Assembly (NCBI GenBank): GCA_037189525.1
Contig: JBBCJC010000002.1
Span: 125,908-189,907, forward strand
Length of the DNA: 64,000 nt
From: Gemmatimonadales bacterium
Lineage (GTDB): Bacteria; Gemmatimonadota; Gemmatimonadetes; Gemmatimonadales; GWC2-71-9
Reading direction: 5' to 3'
The stretch's first letter is position 1. Every line of letters starts with the position of its first letter. Below, one piece after another: positions 46,001 through 54,930 of this stretch. The translations under genes and the position numbers were made by a program. The notes beneath the pieces were generated by a model. The model saw only the letters and a list, made by a program, of their open reading frames with translations, was not told the DNA's origin and searched no databases.

Positions 46001-46413
46001 CGGCCGCGCTGGCCGAGGCACGCACTACTCTCGATTTCGCGAGTCCGCAGGGCCTTCCGGCCGAGCTGCCCGCCATCGGGGCGACCTTTGCCGAGCAGTT
46101 GTCGCCGTCGCAGGAAGGGTCGGGCCGTCTGCTGGCCGTCACGCTGGCAAACAGCTTCGTGTCGGAAGCCCCGGTCCGTGCATCCGAGCTGCGCGATGCC
46201 GTCGCGCAGGGCAACACCGATGCAGCCCAGCGGCTGGCTCAGACGCTCAAGGGCATGTGCGGCCTGATCGGCGCCGAGCCGCTTGCCAAGCTGGCGGCAC
46301 TCGTCGAGGCGGATGCCCGTCTCAAGCGGCTCGGCCAGACCGAGCGCTATCTGACACACATCGACCTCGAGCTGGAACGAGTTCGTGCCTTTCTCGATCA
46401 GGCCCGCGCCTAG
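43018..46413 (+). CDS. Soluble hybrid histidine kinase: HisKA-HATPase_c, pseudo-receiver, ~485-aa acidic low-complexity region, two HPt-like domains
   Basis: H box LAMRHELRAPLNAIIG (His33), G1 EDTGIGI, F IFDEY, G2 GVTGLGL. REC-like region at aa 270-390. C-terminal RLAQTLKGMCGLIGA. GGAG lies 7 nt before the ATG, and the gene starts 12 nt after the upstream stop. Confidence 0.9.
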   Translation: MSLYEHETQPSDLQGNDTLSLPEMSEYLLAMRHELRAPLNAIIGMSALLLDDDVTLRQAQYVKSVHAAGESLSVILNDVLDLASVAANRLAIEPIPFDLKSMIEETASALAPKANERGLALRVDWRPELPRYLVGDPGRTRQVIGNLVGYAVNGTTHGEVVIRVTPDGERSGIPAIRFSVEDTGIGIAPNRLARIFDEYVPLDASPYRSFGVTGLGLRLSAELVRLMNGVIHAESEPGRGNRLWFSIPMPTAAQYETGVGTEPALTGGGRALIVEADFSNRSRFAQQFQDAGWRVEFTDDIDSVGAQLRQAITEGDPYRTCIISHYAVRPIHMELARDLKADSLLAPVALVMVTAVGSPGDGQKLWSAGFAAYLRKPVPAEEIRESLEALSRLGPTGKGNSLITRHSLAEIRNAQSFEVEGIDEMLASLTAPEESTTASSAATAPSDVSAQLDDAAIQASAAEPTAEFTAEPVESSNEAGNEASEVSADANASTSLPPALGALLALPVPEVQEEQPLAVDVTAVESDASEALPDAATSKASLSVPEALDADSSTEALVESATSLSAAPEVEFEIEAEAEPARQSEPLLLAAPQDVSQDVPSEPAALFGPAVPPIVESSASAPTLFHAELDILAPPAIAPTPEPVEAAVVAPDTSAAEATIAIEISANVSEDAVVASSEITGVDADITIEATIAEQDSTGEAAIDEPTAQLPASLIDGHQDALWESEPIVPTLEGLVTQADEAIDAPSAVIESVTLTSPGDYLVDHPSEPVAIESAAAEPAPAIDQIAAAEQTEIEQAEIEQAPVEVASLIEQSVSIESSDAIDATVTVEPTSLVESESAVDADTFLAIEHGATETIESTETVVETPDAPIESILDSNDTDGFAATTSEPADADPDLEPEQDIDVSTFDVVSPQLLDQLSTGGGFFTQHVVTTFLRDGGAQVEHLATARDAQLAESLDKLAHAAEWVGAARLSALVADAAARFERTGRVSPTARIAAALAEARTTLDFASPQGLPAELPAIGATFAEQLSPSQEGSGRLLAVTLANSFVSEAPVRASELRDAVAQGNTDAAQRLAQTLKGMCGLIGAEPLAKLAALVEADARLKRLGQTERYLTHIDLELERVRAFLDQARA

Positions 46414-46523
46414 TCTGCCTGCTTTCGCGCCTCGGGCTTCGGAACCGATTTCCGGAGCCTGAGGCGCGCGCGTTGGGCCGGGGCTGGCCGCCCGGAATCC
46501 CTCGACAATACCTTTAGACATCC

Positions 46524-47366
46524 ATGCTGCCCGAGGGGGCCCGCGTGTACCGATCCTCCAACTTCGACTTTTCCGATCAACGGATCCCGGCCCGGTACGA
46601 CGAGCGTCTCGTCCCGGTGCTGTTCGCGCCGTGGGGTGAAGGGTTGGTTGGTCATGCCAAGCCGTCGCTGGGGATTCGGGCGTTGGACGTCGCGACCGGA
46701 CCTGGTACGGTCGCACGGATCCTGGCCCGGAAGATCGGAGCGAAGGGGATGGTCGCGGGGTGTGACGCGTCACCGGCCATGATCACACGGGCGCAGTCCA
46801 AACCCGAGCGCACCGAGTACGCGCCGACGGCCTATACGGTCTGTCCGGCGGCGCCGCTGCCCTATCCGGATGCGGCCTTTGACCTGGTCACCTGCCAGCA
46901 GGGGCTCCAGTTTTTCCCCGACGGCGCCAGTGCACTGTCCGAGATGCGGCGGACCCTGGTGCGGGGAGGACGGCTGGCGGCGAGCGTGTGGTGCCAACCG
47001 GAGGACTGCACCATTTTCTTTGCCTATCAGCAGGCGCTGCGTCGTGCCGGACAATCGGAGCTGGCCGACCTGATGCGCATTCCGTTTCCGCACTGGACCG
47101 CCGAAGACATCCGCGCCCGTGTTGCCGCCAGCGGCTTTTCCTCCGTCCAGGTGGGCGACGAAACGCGGGACCTCGTTTTCGACGGCGGCTTGCAGCAGGC
47201 CCTGGCCGCCTTTGCGGCCACACCGATCGGCCCGGCCGTCGATGCCCTTCCCGATACCGACCGGGCCGCCATTGCCGATGCCGCTCGCCACACCTTTGCG
47301 CCCTGGACCGTCGACGGCGTGATTCGCGGCCCGATGCGGTCGTGGATCATCCTGGCCACGACCTGA
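46524..47366 (+). CDS. Class I SAM-dependent methyltransferase
   Basis: Motif I LDVATGPGTVA, followed by GCDASPAMI and FDLVTCQQGLQFF. Confidence 0.85.
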   Translation: MLPEGARVYRSSNFDFSDQRIPARYDERLVPVLFAPWGEGLVGHAKPSLGIRALDVATGPGTVARILARKIGAKGMVAGCDASPAMITRAQSKPERTEYAPTAYTVCPAAPLPYPDAAFDLVTCQQGLQFFPDGASALSEMRRTLVRGGRLAASVWCQPEDCTIFFAYQQALRRAGQSELADLMRIPFPHWTAEDIRARVAASGFSSVQVGDETRDLVFDGGLQQALAAFAATPIGPAVDALPDTDRAAIADAARHTFAPWTVDGVIRGPMRSWIILATT

Positions 47367-47367
47367 C

Positions 47368-47922
47368 ATGCTCCGTCGCATTGCCGTCATCGCCGGCCAG
47401 GCGGAATTGGTCAGTCCCGACGAGATCGCGGCCGCCCTGCAGGTCGGACGCCTCCTGGGCGAGAACGCCGTAACGCTGGTCTTCGATAGCGCAGCAACCG
47501 GCATGATCGAAACCGTGGCCGACACCGCCATCCAGAGCGGCGGGCGCCTGCTGGGCATTCGGCTCGACGGCCAGACCGCGGGGCGATCCGACCTGGCGGA
47601 GGACCGCATCGCGGCCTCGCGCGGCGAATGGTGCGAGGAGGTCGGCCGGCTGTCCGATGCGTTCCTGGGTCTTCCGGGGGGATTCGCGTCGCTGGGCGAA
47701 GCGTTTGCCATTTGGGACTGGGGCGGCGGCAGTATCGATCGTCCATTGGGACTGCTCGATCAGGGCGGGTACTACAGCACGCTGCTCAAGGAAGGATCCG
47801 ACGATGTGGTCGACCGCTTCGTCATCGAATCTCAGCGCGGACAGCTGATCGTCGGCACGAGCGCGGCCGAACTGCTGCGTCGCCTGGCCGACTACCGGGC
47901 GCCCGAAGGCCGGCGGGAGTAG
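47368..47922 (+). CDS. LOG/TIGR00730-family Rossmann-fold protein (divergent motifs)
   Basis: LPGGFASLGEAFAIWDW resembles the PGGxGTxxE motif. The expected GGGxxGLMG position reads DSAATGMIE. The start is 1 nt after the methyltransferase stop. Confidence 0.6.
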   Translation: MLRRIAVIAGQAELVSPDEIAAALQVGRLLGENAVTLVFDSAATGMIETVADTAIQSGGRLLGIRLDGQTAGRSDLAEDRIAASRGEWCEEVGRLSDAFLGLPGGFASLGEAFAIWDWGGGSIDRPLGLLDQGGYYSTLLKEGSDDVVDRFVIESQRGQLIVGTSAAELLRRLADYRAPEGRRE

Positions 47923-47931
47923 CGACCAAGG

Positions 47932-48417
47932 CTACTCGGTGTCGCCCTTCGTCTTGCGCACCTTGCGGTTGAAGACATTGTCGAGCGGAACGCCGAGCAC
48001 CAGCACCACGATGCAGAGGCCGAGCGCCAGCAACGCGGTGCGCCAGAGGCCGACTCCCGCGGCCACACCGAGCGCGGCCGCCACCCAGATCGACGATGCC
48101 GTCGTGATCCCCTTGACCTCGGTATCGCGATGGCGCTGCAGAATGGCGCCCGCGCCGATGAAGCCCACCCCCGCAACGACACCCTGGATCACCCGGCTCA
48201 ACGCATCACCCGCAATCGGCGTCCCGGGCGCCAGCGCCACGAGCGGGACCAGGACGAAGAGCGCCGAGCCTAACGCCACCATCGCGTGGGTGCGGAGCCC
48301 GGCGGGCTTCCGGTGAATTTCACGGTCCAGGCCGACCGCCGCGCCCAGTCCGACCGCACCAACCAGCCTGAGCGCGACATCGAGCCAATCGTCGGGGATA
48401 CGAACCGATTCGATCAT
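47932..48417 (-). CDS. MgtC/SapB family membrane protein
   Basis: LRLVGAVGLGAAVGLDREIHRKPAGLRTHAMVALGSALF...GVGFIGAGAIL...VKGITTASSIWVAAALG. Start taken at the internal ATG 48417. Confidence 0.85.
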   Translation of the reverse strand: MIESVRIPDDWLDVALRLVGAVGLGAAVGLDREIHRKPAGLRTHAMVALGSALFVLVPLVALAPGTPIAGDALSRVIQGVVAGVGFIGAGAILQRHRDTEVKGITTASSIWVAAALGVAAGVGLWRTALLALGLCIVVLVLGVPLDNVFNRKVRKTKGDTE

Positions 48418-48509
48418 GTTCCGGGGACGACGGCTGGAGCCGAAACGCACACGCCGGCATCCTGGGACGCCGGCGTGGCGGGAACGAACATGGCGGGAAC
48501 CCGCTCCGT

Positions 48510-50849
48510 CTACTCCCCGTCCGGAGCAGCCGATCGGGCCCACGGTTCGGTCGGCTGCACTATCTCATAGTCGACCGGCGGCGTGACACCCATCAGGTGC
48601 TGGACGAAGTAGTCCCAGCGCCGGCGAACGACATACGGCTCGTTGAGTCCGTGCGCCCGGTTGGGCAGCACCAGGAAGTCGAAGGTCTTGTTGGCCTTGA
48701 TGAGCAGATCAGCCACCTGGAGCGTCATCGCGGGATGCACGTTGTCGTCCATGTCACCGGTCATCAGGAACAGCTTGCCCTTCAGATTCTTGGCATACGC
48801 TCCCGTAGCCGACGACGCAAAGTTGTCGGTCTTCCTGACCGTGTCACGAACCATCTGGCCCTGATACTTCTCGGCCCAATAGATGTTGTAGCTCCGATTA
48901 TCGTGGTTGCCGGCAGTCGAGACGGCCACCTTGAAGAAATCGGGGAAGCGGAGAATCGCATCGGTCGAGGCAAAACCGCCGCCCGAGTGTCCGAAGATGC
49001 CGACGCGATCGACATCGAGCCCCGGATAACGAGCAGCCAACTGCTTGACCGCTTCGATCTGGTCCGGCAAGCCGTTGTCGATGAAGTTGGCGTAGTAGTT
49101 GTCGTGGAACGCCTTGGAGCGCAACGGCGTGCCCATCGCATCGAGCTGGATGACCACAAAGCCGAGCTGGGCCAGTGCAAACGCCTCGGCGCCCGACCGG
49201 AAGTTCCAGGCGCGCACGCTGCCGATCTGCGGTCCCGGATAGATCTCGACGATGATCGGGTAGCTCCCGGTGCTGTCGAACGCCGGCGGGAAGAAAATCA
49301 GGCCGTTGAGATCGGTGACGCCGTCACGCGCCTTGGTCGTGAAGACCTGGGCCGGCCGCCACCCCACTTCGCGGAGCCGCGACACGTCGGCCGTTTCGAG
49401 CGTCCGAATGATTCGTCCGTCCACCGCGGACCGCAGTACCGTCACGGTCGGCGTTTCGATCCGCGAGTAGCTATCGATGAAATACCGGCCGCTCGGCGCG
49501 AACTGGACCTCGTGCGTGGCATCTTCCGGCGTCAGCAGGGTCAGCCCGGAGCCGTCGAAGTTGACCCGGTACAGCTTGGCATAGTACCAGAAGTGGCCGG
49601 CCTCACGACCACGCGCCGTGAAGTAGATCTGCTTGGCCGTCTCGTCGACATGCTGAATGGCGCTTGCAAACCAGGCGCCTTCGGTCAGCCGGTTGCGGAT
49701 CGAGCCGTCCGGCGCCAGGCGATAGAAATGCGCCCAGCCGTCCCGCTCCGACCACCAGAACGTGTCCTGTCCGTCGCGCGTGACGTACCAGGTCTGCGGC
49801 TCGTTAGGCGGAGCCAGCTCGACGTAGGTCTTGGAGCTGTCGGCCGCGCGGAGACGGACCGTGCCGGTGGCGGCATCGACCTCGTGGAGCGTGGCCCGCT
49901 GCGAGCCGCGACCCAGAGCGCTGACGTACACCTTATCGCTGCCGTCGCTCCAGACCGAGTCGCGCGCCGATCCGCTGAGCGTGATCTGCACCGGCTGCGG
50001 AGCGATGCGAACTTCCCGGTTGGACTTGCTGGCAACATCGATGATGTGCAAGGTCGGCACCGGGATGATCGAGTCGCCCGGCAACGCATACGGCTGGCTG
50101 TAGTGCTTGGGCCGCTGGTGCGTCATCGAGATGTAGTGCATGTGCGCCACCTGGCGCTCGTCCTGGCGGCTCACCACCAGCTTCTTCGAGTCGGGCGACC
50201 AGCGGATCATCGGCGCCCGCGGCTGGGGCCGGACCACCTGGTTGGGACGCGGCGCGGTGAGCCCATAGCCCCAGTGCTCGACCCCGTCGGTCGTCAGCTG
50301 GGTCGAATCTTTGCCGCCCCGCGAACGAACCCAGACGTTGTGCCCGGAGATGAAGGCTTCCTGGCGCTTGTCCGGCGACAGGATATACGGCACCTCACTC
50401 GGCAGCGTGTCGGACACTGCGCAGCGATAGGCCACGATGTCGCAGACGAAGCGCTTCCGGTTGGCGTTGAATTCGATTTCCCGCTCGTTCTGGCCATCGT
50501 TGGTAAACCGGAACCGGGCAAACGGCAGCCGGGCAGGATCATAGGCCGAGTCGCGCGCGACACTCATCGCGGCTGCCAGCTTTGCGGTCTCGAACACCAG
50601 CCCGCGGGTGTTTCGCACCGGATCGACCAGGACGAACTCGGCGCCGGCCGCCGTCTTGTTGCGGTACCAGAACCGATTGCCATCCGGATACCACTCGGCC
50701 CGAACCGAGTCGCCCGTGACCAGCCGGGCCGTGTGCCAGGGGAGGAGCCGTTCGGCTCGGGCATAGTCGACCTGGGCCAGGAGGGGCGCGGTCGAGCCTA
50801 ACGAGAGCGGAAGCGCCAGCAGCAGGGCGCGCACCGTTCGAGGTGTCAT
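48510..50849 (-). CDS. S9B family peptidase (dipeptidyl-peptidase IV-like)
   Basis: Signal peptide MTPRTVRALLLALPLSLGSTAPLLAQ. DPP-IV-type N-terminal propeller. GHSGGGF nucleophile elbow. Confidence 0.9.
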   Translation of the reverse strand: MTPRTVRALLLALPLSLGSTAPLLAQVDYARAERLLPWHTARLVTGDSVRAEWYPDGNRFWYRNKTAAGAEFVLVDPVRNTRGLVFETAKLAAAMSVARDSAYDPARLPFARFRFTNDGQNEREIEFNANRKRFVCDIVAYRCAVSDTLPSEVPYILSPDKRQEAFISGHNVWVRSRGGKDSTQLTTDGVEHWGYGLTAPRPNQVVRPQPRAPMIRWSPDSKKLVVSRQDERQVAHMHYISMTHQRPKHYSQPYALPGDSIIPVPTLHIIDVASKSNREVRIAPQPVQITLSGSARDSVWSDGSDKVYVSALGRGSQRATLHEVDAATGTVRLRAADSSKTYVELAPPNEPQTWYVTRDGQDTFWWSERDGWAHFYRLAPDGSIRNRLTEGAWFASAIQHVDETAKQIYFTARGREAGHFWYYAKLYRVNFDGSGLTLLTPEDATHEVQFAPSGRYFIDSYSRIETPTVTVLRSAVDGRIIRTLETADVSRLREVGWRPAQVFTTKARDGVTDLNGLIFFPPAFDSTGSYPIIVEIYPGPQIGSVRAWNFRSGAEAFALAQLGFVVIQLDAMGTPLRSKAFHDNYYANFIDNGLPDQIEAVKQLAARYPGLDVDRVGIFGHSGGGFASTDAILRFPDFFKVAVSTAGNHDNRSYNIYWAEKYQGQMVRDTVRKTDNFASSATGAYAKNLKGKLFLMTGDMDDNVHPAMTLQVADLLIKANKTFDFLVLPNRAHGLNEPYVVRRRWDYFVQHLMGVTPPVDYEIVQPTEPWARSAAPDGE

Positions 50850-51037
50850 GGAAGCTTCCCGTACGCAGATGGGGTGTGTTGTGGCGAACCCTGGCAATTT
50901 CTCCACCCCGCGCGCCTGCCGCCAGCCCCGGGAAACTGCCGGGACTTGACTTCCCGGCTCGCGGGCCCATTGTGCGGAGATTCGGACGGACGCCACTCGA
51001 GGCCCCGTCACGCCATGACCCGGACCCAGGGCCACCC

Positions 51038-53761
51038 GTGCGCCGTCGCTTCGCGTTTTCGATCGTCCTTCTCGTCCTCATCCTCGCCATTTCGATTCCG
51101 GGGCTGAGCAGCGTCCTCATCGACTGGTGGTGGTTCCGCGAAATCGGTTTCGCGATTGTCTTTACCCGCCAGCTGGCGACCAAGATCGCCCTGTTCTTTG
51201 GCGTGGGCGTCGCCACGTTCGGCCTGGTCTATCTCAACCTCCGGATGGCCCAGCGCGGCATCGTGCCGGACCCGATCGTCTTCCAGTTTCAGCCGGCCAG
51301 CCAGCGGGTCGACCTCACCGGCATGCTGCGCCGGATGAGCTTCCCGGTGGCGCTCGCGCTGGGCCTCTTGACCGGCCTCGGCGCGACGCCGGCGTGGAGC
51401 CTGATCCTGCAGGCCATCCACGGTACCCCGTTCGGCATCACCGACCCGGTCTTCGGTCGGGACATCGGGTTCTACGTCTTCTCGCTGCCGGCGTGGTCGG
51501 TCGCGCTCGGGCTCCTGACCAGCATACTGACCCTGACCCTGCTGCTGATCACGCCGATCTACTGGCTCCGCGGCGACATCATCCTGCGTCCTCGTCAGCT
51601 GCGGATCGAGCCGTCGGCCGGCCTGCATCTGGGCATGCTGATCGCCGCCAACCTGCTGCTCGCGGCGGCGCGACACTGGATCATCGACGCCTCCGGCCTG
51701 CTCTATTCCACTACCGGACCGCTGGTCGGCGCCAGCTACACCGATCTCAATGCCACTCTGCCCGCCATTCGGGTGAGTTCGGTCGTAGCCCTGATCGCCG
51801 CGGCGGGTGTCCTCTTCGGCGCGGCGCGCGGCAAGCTGGCGTGGTATGGTCTCTGGTCCGTCGGCAGCTACCTGATCGTGTCGTTCGTGGGCAAGAGCCT
51901 GGCGCCCTGGGCCATGCAGAAGTTCATCGTGGCGCCCACCGAATTGACCAAGGAAGCGCCGCAACTCGTCTCGCACATCGCAGCCACGCGGCACGCATGG
52001 GGTCTCGACAGCGTCGAGATCCGCGACCTGGACGGCGAATCCGAACTGACCCAGGAAACCATCCGGGCCAACGCGGCAACCATCGAGAACGTCCGGCTCT
52101 GGGACGGTGAGCCCTTGCTCCGCACGCTGGGGCAGCTCCAGGAAATCCGCACCTACTACGACTTCGTTTCGGTCGACGACGATCGCTACTGGATCGACGG
52201 CAAGTATCGCCAGGTCCTGCTGGCGCCGCGCGAACTCAATCCCGGCGCGCTGCCGACTCGGACCTTCATCAACGAGCACCTGACCTTCACCCACGGCATG
52301 GGGCTCACCATGAGCCCGGTCAACCAGGTCACCACCCAGGGCCTGCCGGTGCTGTTCATTCAGGATCTGCCGCCCCGGTCGACGGTGTCGCTCGAGATTG
52401 CCCGGCCGCAGATCTACTACGGCGAGATGGCGGATCGCTACGTCTTCGTCAACACCCTGCAGCGGGAGTTCGATCATCCGGCCGGCGAGACCAACATATA
52501 CCGTTCCTACACGGGTACCGGCGGGATTCCGATCGGCAGCTCGCTTCGACGGCTGCTCTTCTCGATCCATTACGGCTCGACCAAGATCCTCCTTTCCGGC
52601 GACATCAGTAACGAGAGCAAGATCCTCTATCGTCGCAACATCGTCGAACGGGGACGCGAAGCACTTCCCTTCCTGAGTTTCGATCGCGATCCCTATCTGG
52701 TGATCGGCACCGATGGCACGCTCAAGTGGGTCCTCGATGCGTACACCACCTCGGATCGGTATCCGTACGCGGCGCGCTTCGGACAAACCAGCACCAACTA
52801 CATGCGCAACAGCGTCAAGGTGGTGATCGACGCCTATGACGGTTCGGTCGGCGCTTACGTCAGCGACCCGAACGATCCGATCATCACCACCTGGGGCGCC
52901 ATCCTGCCGGGCATTTTCCGTCCGCTCGACCAGCTGCCGGCCGGACTGGAAGCCCATTTGCGCTACCCGGACGATCTCTACCGGGCCCAGACCGCGCTGT
53001 ACACGACGTATCACATGACCGAGCCGGAGGAGTTCTACCACCGCGAAGACCAGTGGCAGATTCCCGTCGTCGCCAAGAGCGACGGATCGGTGCCGTTCAT
53101 GCGCCGGATCGTGATGCGCCTGCCCGAGGAAACCGCGGCGGAGTTCATCTACATGGTGCCGTTCACCCCTCGCGGCAAGGACAACCTGGCCGCCTGGATG
53201 GTGGCGCGCAGCGACGGCGAGGACTACGGCAAGCTGCGCGTCTATCGGCTGCCCCGCCAAAGCCTGGTCTTCGGTCCGCAGCAGATCGAGAACCGGATCA
53301 ATCAGGATACCGAGATTGCCCGGCAGGTGTCGCTTTGGGATCAGCGGGGCACCCGCGTCATTCGCGGCGACCTGCTGGTCATCCCGATCGAGGAAGCGTT
53401 GCTCTACGTCCAGCCGCTGTATCTCCAAGCGGAGGGCGGCCGGATTCCGGAACTCAAGCGAGTGGTCGTGGCGTATCGCAATCAGGTCGTGATGGAGGAG
53501 ACGCTCGAAGCCGGCCTGGCCGTGCTGTTCGGCGGCGGCACCGGTCCGGCTCGACCCACGACGGCAACGGCCGACCAGCCGGCCGCATCCACCGGCACCC
53601 CCTCGAGCGCGGTCCAGCAGCTCTCGGCCGAGGCGCGCCGGCGCTACCAGGCGGCACTCGATGCCCAGCGAGCGGGCGACTGGAGCCGCTATGGCGAGGA
53701 AATCCGGCGTCTCGGTGAACTGCTCGAGCAGCTCGCCGCGGCATCCGCTCCTCGGGAGTAA
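51038..53761 (+). CDS. UPF0182 family large membrane protein
   Basis: Seven or so N-terminal TM helices, beginning VRRRFAFSIVLLVLILA...LIDWWWFREIGF. Large C-terminal domain. GTG start at 51038, since upstream ORF sequence overlaps the divergent DPP-IV gene. Confidence 0.8.
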   Translation: MRRRFAFSIVLLVLILAISIPGLSSVLIDWWWFREIGFAIVFTRQLATKIALFFGVGVATFGLVYLNLRMAQRGIVPDPIVFQFQPASQRVDLTGMLRRMSFPVALALGLLTGLGATPAWSLILQAIHGTPFGITDPVFGRDIGFYVFSLPAWSVALGLLTSILTLTLLLITPIYWLRGDIILRPRQLRIEPSAGLHLGMLIAANLLLAAARHWIIDASGLLYSTTGPLVGASYTDLNATLPAIRVSSVVALIAAAGVLFGAARGKLAWYGLWSVGSYLIVSFVGKSLAPWAMQKFIVAPTELTKEAPQLVSHIAATRHAWGLDSVEIRDLDGESELTQETIRANAATIENVRLWDGEPLLRTLGQLQEIRTYYDFVSVDDDRYWIDGKYRQVLLAPRELNPGALPTRTFINEHLTFTHGMGLTMSPVNQVTTQGLPVLFIQDLPPRSTVSLEIARPQIYYGEMADRYVFVNTLQREFDHPAGETNIYRSYTGTGGIPIGSSLRRLLFSIHYGSTKILLSGDISNESKILYRRNIVERGREALPFLSFDRDPYLVIGTDGTLKWVLDAYTTSDRYPYAARFGQTSTNYMRNSVKVVIDAYDGSVGAYVSDPNDPIITTWGAILPGIFRPLDQLPAGLEAHLRYPDDLYRAQTALYTTYHMTEPEEFYHREDQWQIPVVAKSDGSVPFMRRIVMRLPEETAAEFIYMVPFTPRGKDNLAAWMVARSDGEDYGKLRVYRLPRQSLVFGPQQIENRINQDTEIARQVSLWDQRGTRVIRGDLLVIPIEEALLYVQPLYLQAEGGRIPELKRVVVAYRNQVVMEETLEAGLAVLFGGGTGPARPTTATADQPAASTGTPSSAVQQLSAEARRRYQAALDAQRAGDWSRYGEEIRRLGELLEQLAAASAPRE

Positions 53762-53866
53762 GACGCGCGCCCCTCGGACTGGCGCTGGATGCAATCCAGG
53801 ATACAATCATGGCGGCGCACGGAGGATCTCTCCCTGCGCCGTCGTCCGTTTCCCGGAGAAACTCTG

Positions 53867-54829
53867 ATGCGGTTCGTCACGCTCGGTGGCCTCATCGCCG
53901 CCACCCTGATGGCTCGCCCGGCCCAGGCCCAGGGGGTCGAGGCCGAGATCGAGGCCATGCTGAACGGGCTCAAGGCCAAATCCTCGCTCTACGCCAAGCA
54001 CATTCCCTCGGGTCGGACCATCGCGATCCGCGCCGATGTCCCGATGAACACCCTGAGCGTGATCAAGATCCCGGTCATGATCCAGGTCTTTCGTGACGTC
54101 GAGGCCGGCCGGCTCAAGCTGACCGACCGATACACCATCCGCCCCGAAGACCTGCGGCGCGGCAGCGGGCTGATCCAGCGCTTCGACGTCGGCCTGTCGC
54201 CGACGATTCGCGACCTGATCGATCAGATGATCATCACGAGCGACAACACCGCCACCGACATCCTGATTGCCAAGGTCGGGCGCGACCGGGTCAACCAGAT
54301 GCTGGCGTCGTTCGGCTTTACCCAGACCCGGCTCGAGCGTACCACCGGCGATCTCTTCCGCGAGGTCTGGATCCGTTCCGACCCCAAGTTCGCGACCCTC
54401 ACCGATCGCGAAGTGTACCAGCGCGGCTTTCCGAACGACGCGCAGTCGTCGGCCCGGTCGTTTGCCCTCGAAGGCGATTCGACCCGCTGGCTGGGCAGGA
54501 CGACGGCCCGCGAGATGTCCGTCCTGCTCGAAGGGATTCGCGACGGGAAGTACGCTTCGGCCGAGCACAGCCGGATGATGATGTCGATGTTGTACGGGCA
54601 GTTCTACGCCTCGCGGCTGCCCCAGCGGCTGATGTGGAAGCCGGGTATTGCCGTGGCCCACAAAACGGGTGACTGGCCGCCCATTGCCGGCAACGATGTC
54701 GGCATCATTACCTATCCCGGCGGTCCGCTGGTAATTTCGATCTTCACCAATCAGAACACCGGGGACTTTTTCGAGCTCGAGGCCGTCGAAGGTCGCATTG
54801 CCGAGCGGCTCGTCAATACCTGGAAGTAA
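53867..54829 (+). CDS. Class A beta-lactamase-fold serine hydrolase
   Basis: Signal peptide MRFVTLGGLIAATLMARPAQAQ. SxxK (LSVIK), SDN (ITSDNTA) and KTG (AHKTGDW). Confidence 0.85.
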   Translation: MRFVTLGGLIAATLMARPAQAQGVEAEIEAMLNGLKAKSSLYAKHIPSGRTIAIRADVPMNTLSVIKIPVMIQVFRDVEAGRLKLTDRYTIRPEDLRRGSGLIQRFDVGLSPTIRDLIDQMIITSDNTATDILIAKVGRDRVNQMLASFGFTQTRLERTTGDLFREVWIRSDPKFATLTDREVYQRGFPNDAQSSARSFALEGDSTRWLGRTTAREMSVLLEGIRDGKYASAEHSRMMMSMLYGQFYASRLPQRLMWKPGIAVAHKTGDWPPIAGNDVGIITYPGGPLVISIFTNQNTGDFFELEAVEGRIAERLVNTWK

Positions 54830-54930
54830 CATCACCACGGGCGCGCATCGCCCAATCGATGACCCCGCACCACGACCGATGCGGGAGCCGCTTCTCAGGC
54901 TCCCGCACGTTTCACCCCCTCGGAGTCAGC

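Noticed and set aside
51008-53806. 932-aa minus-strand ORF antisense to the UPF0182 gene
   Set aside because: No TM or domain pattern, and an Arg/Gly/Asp-rich translation. The plus strand encodes a coherent multi-TM protein of a known family.
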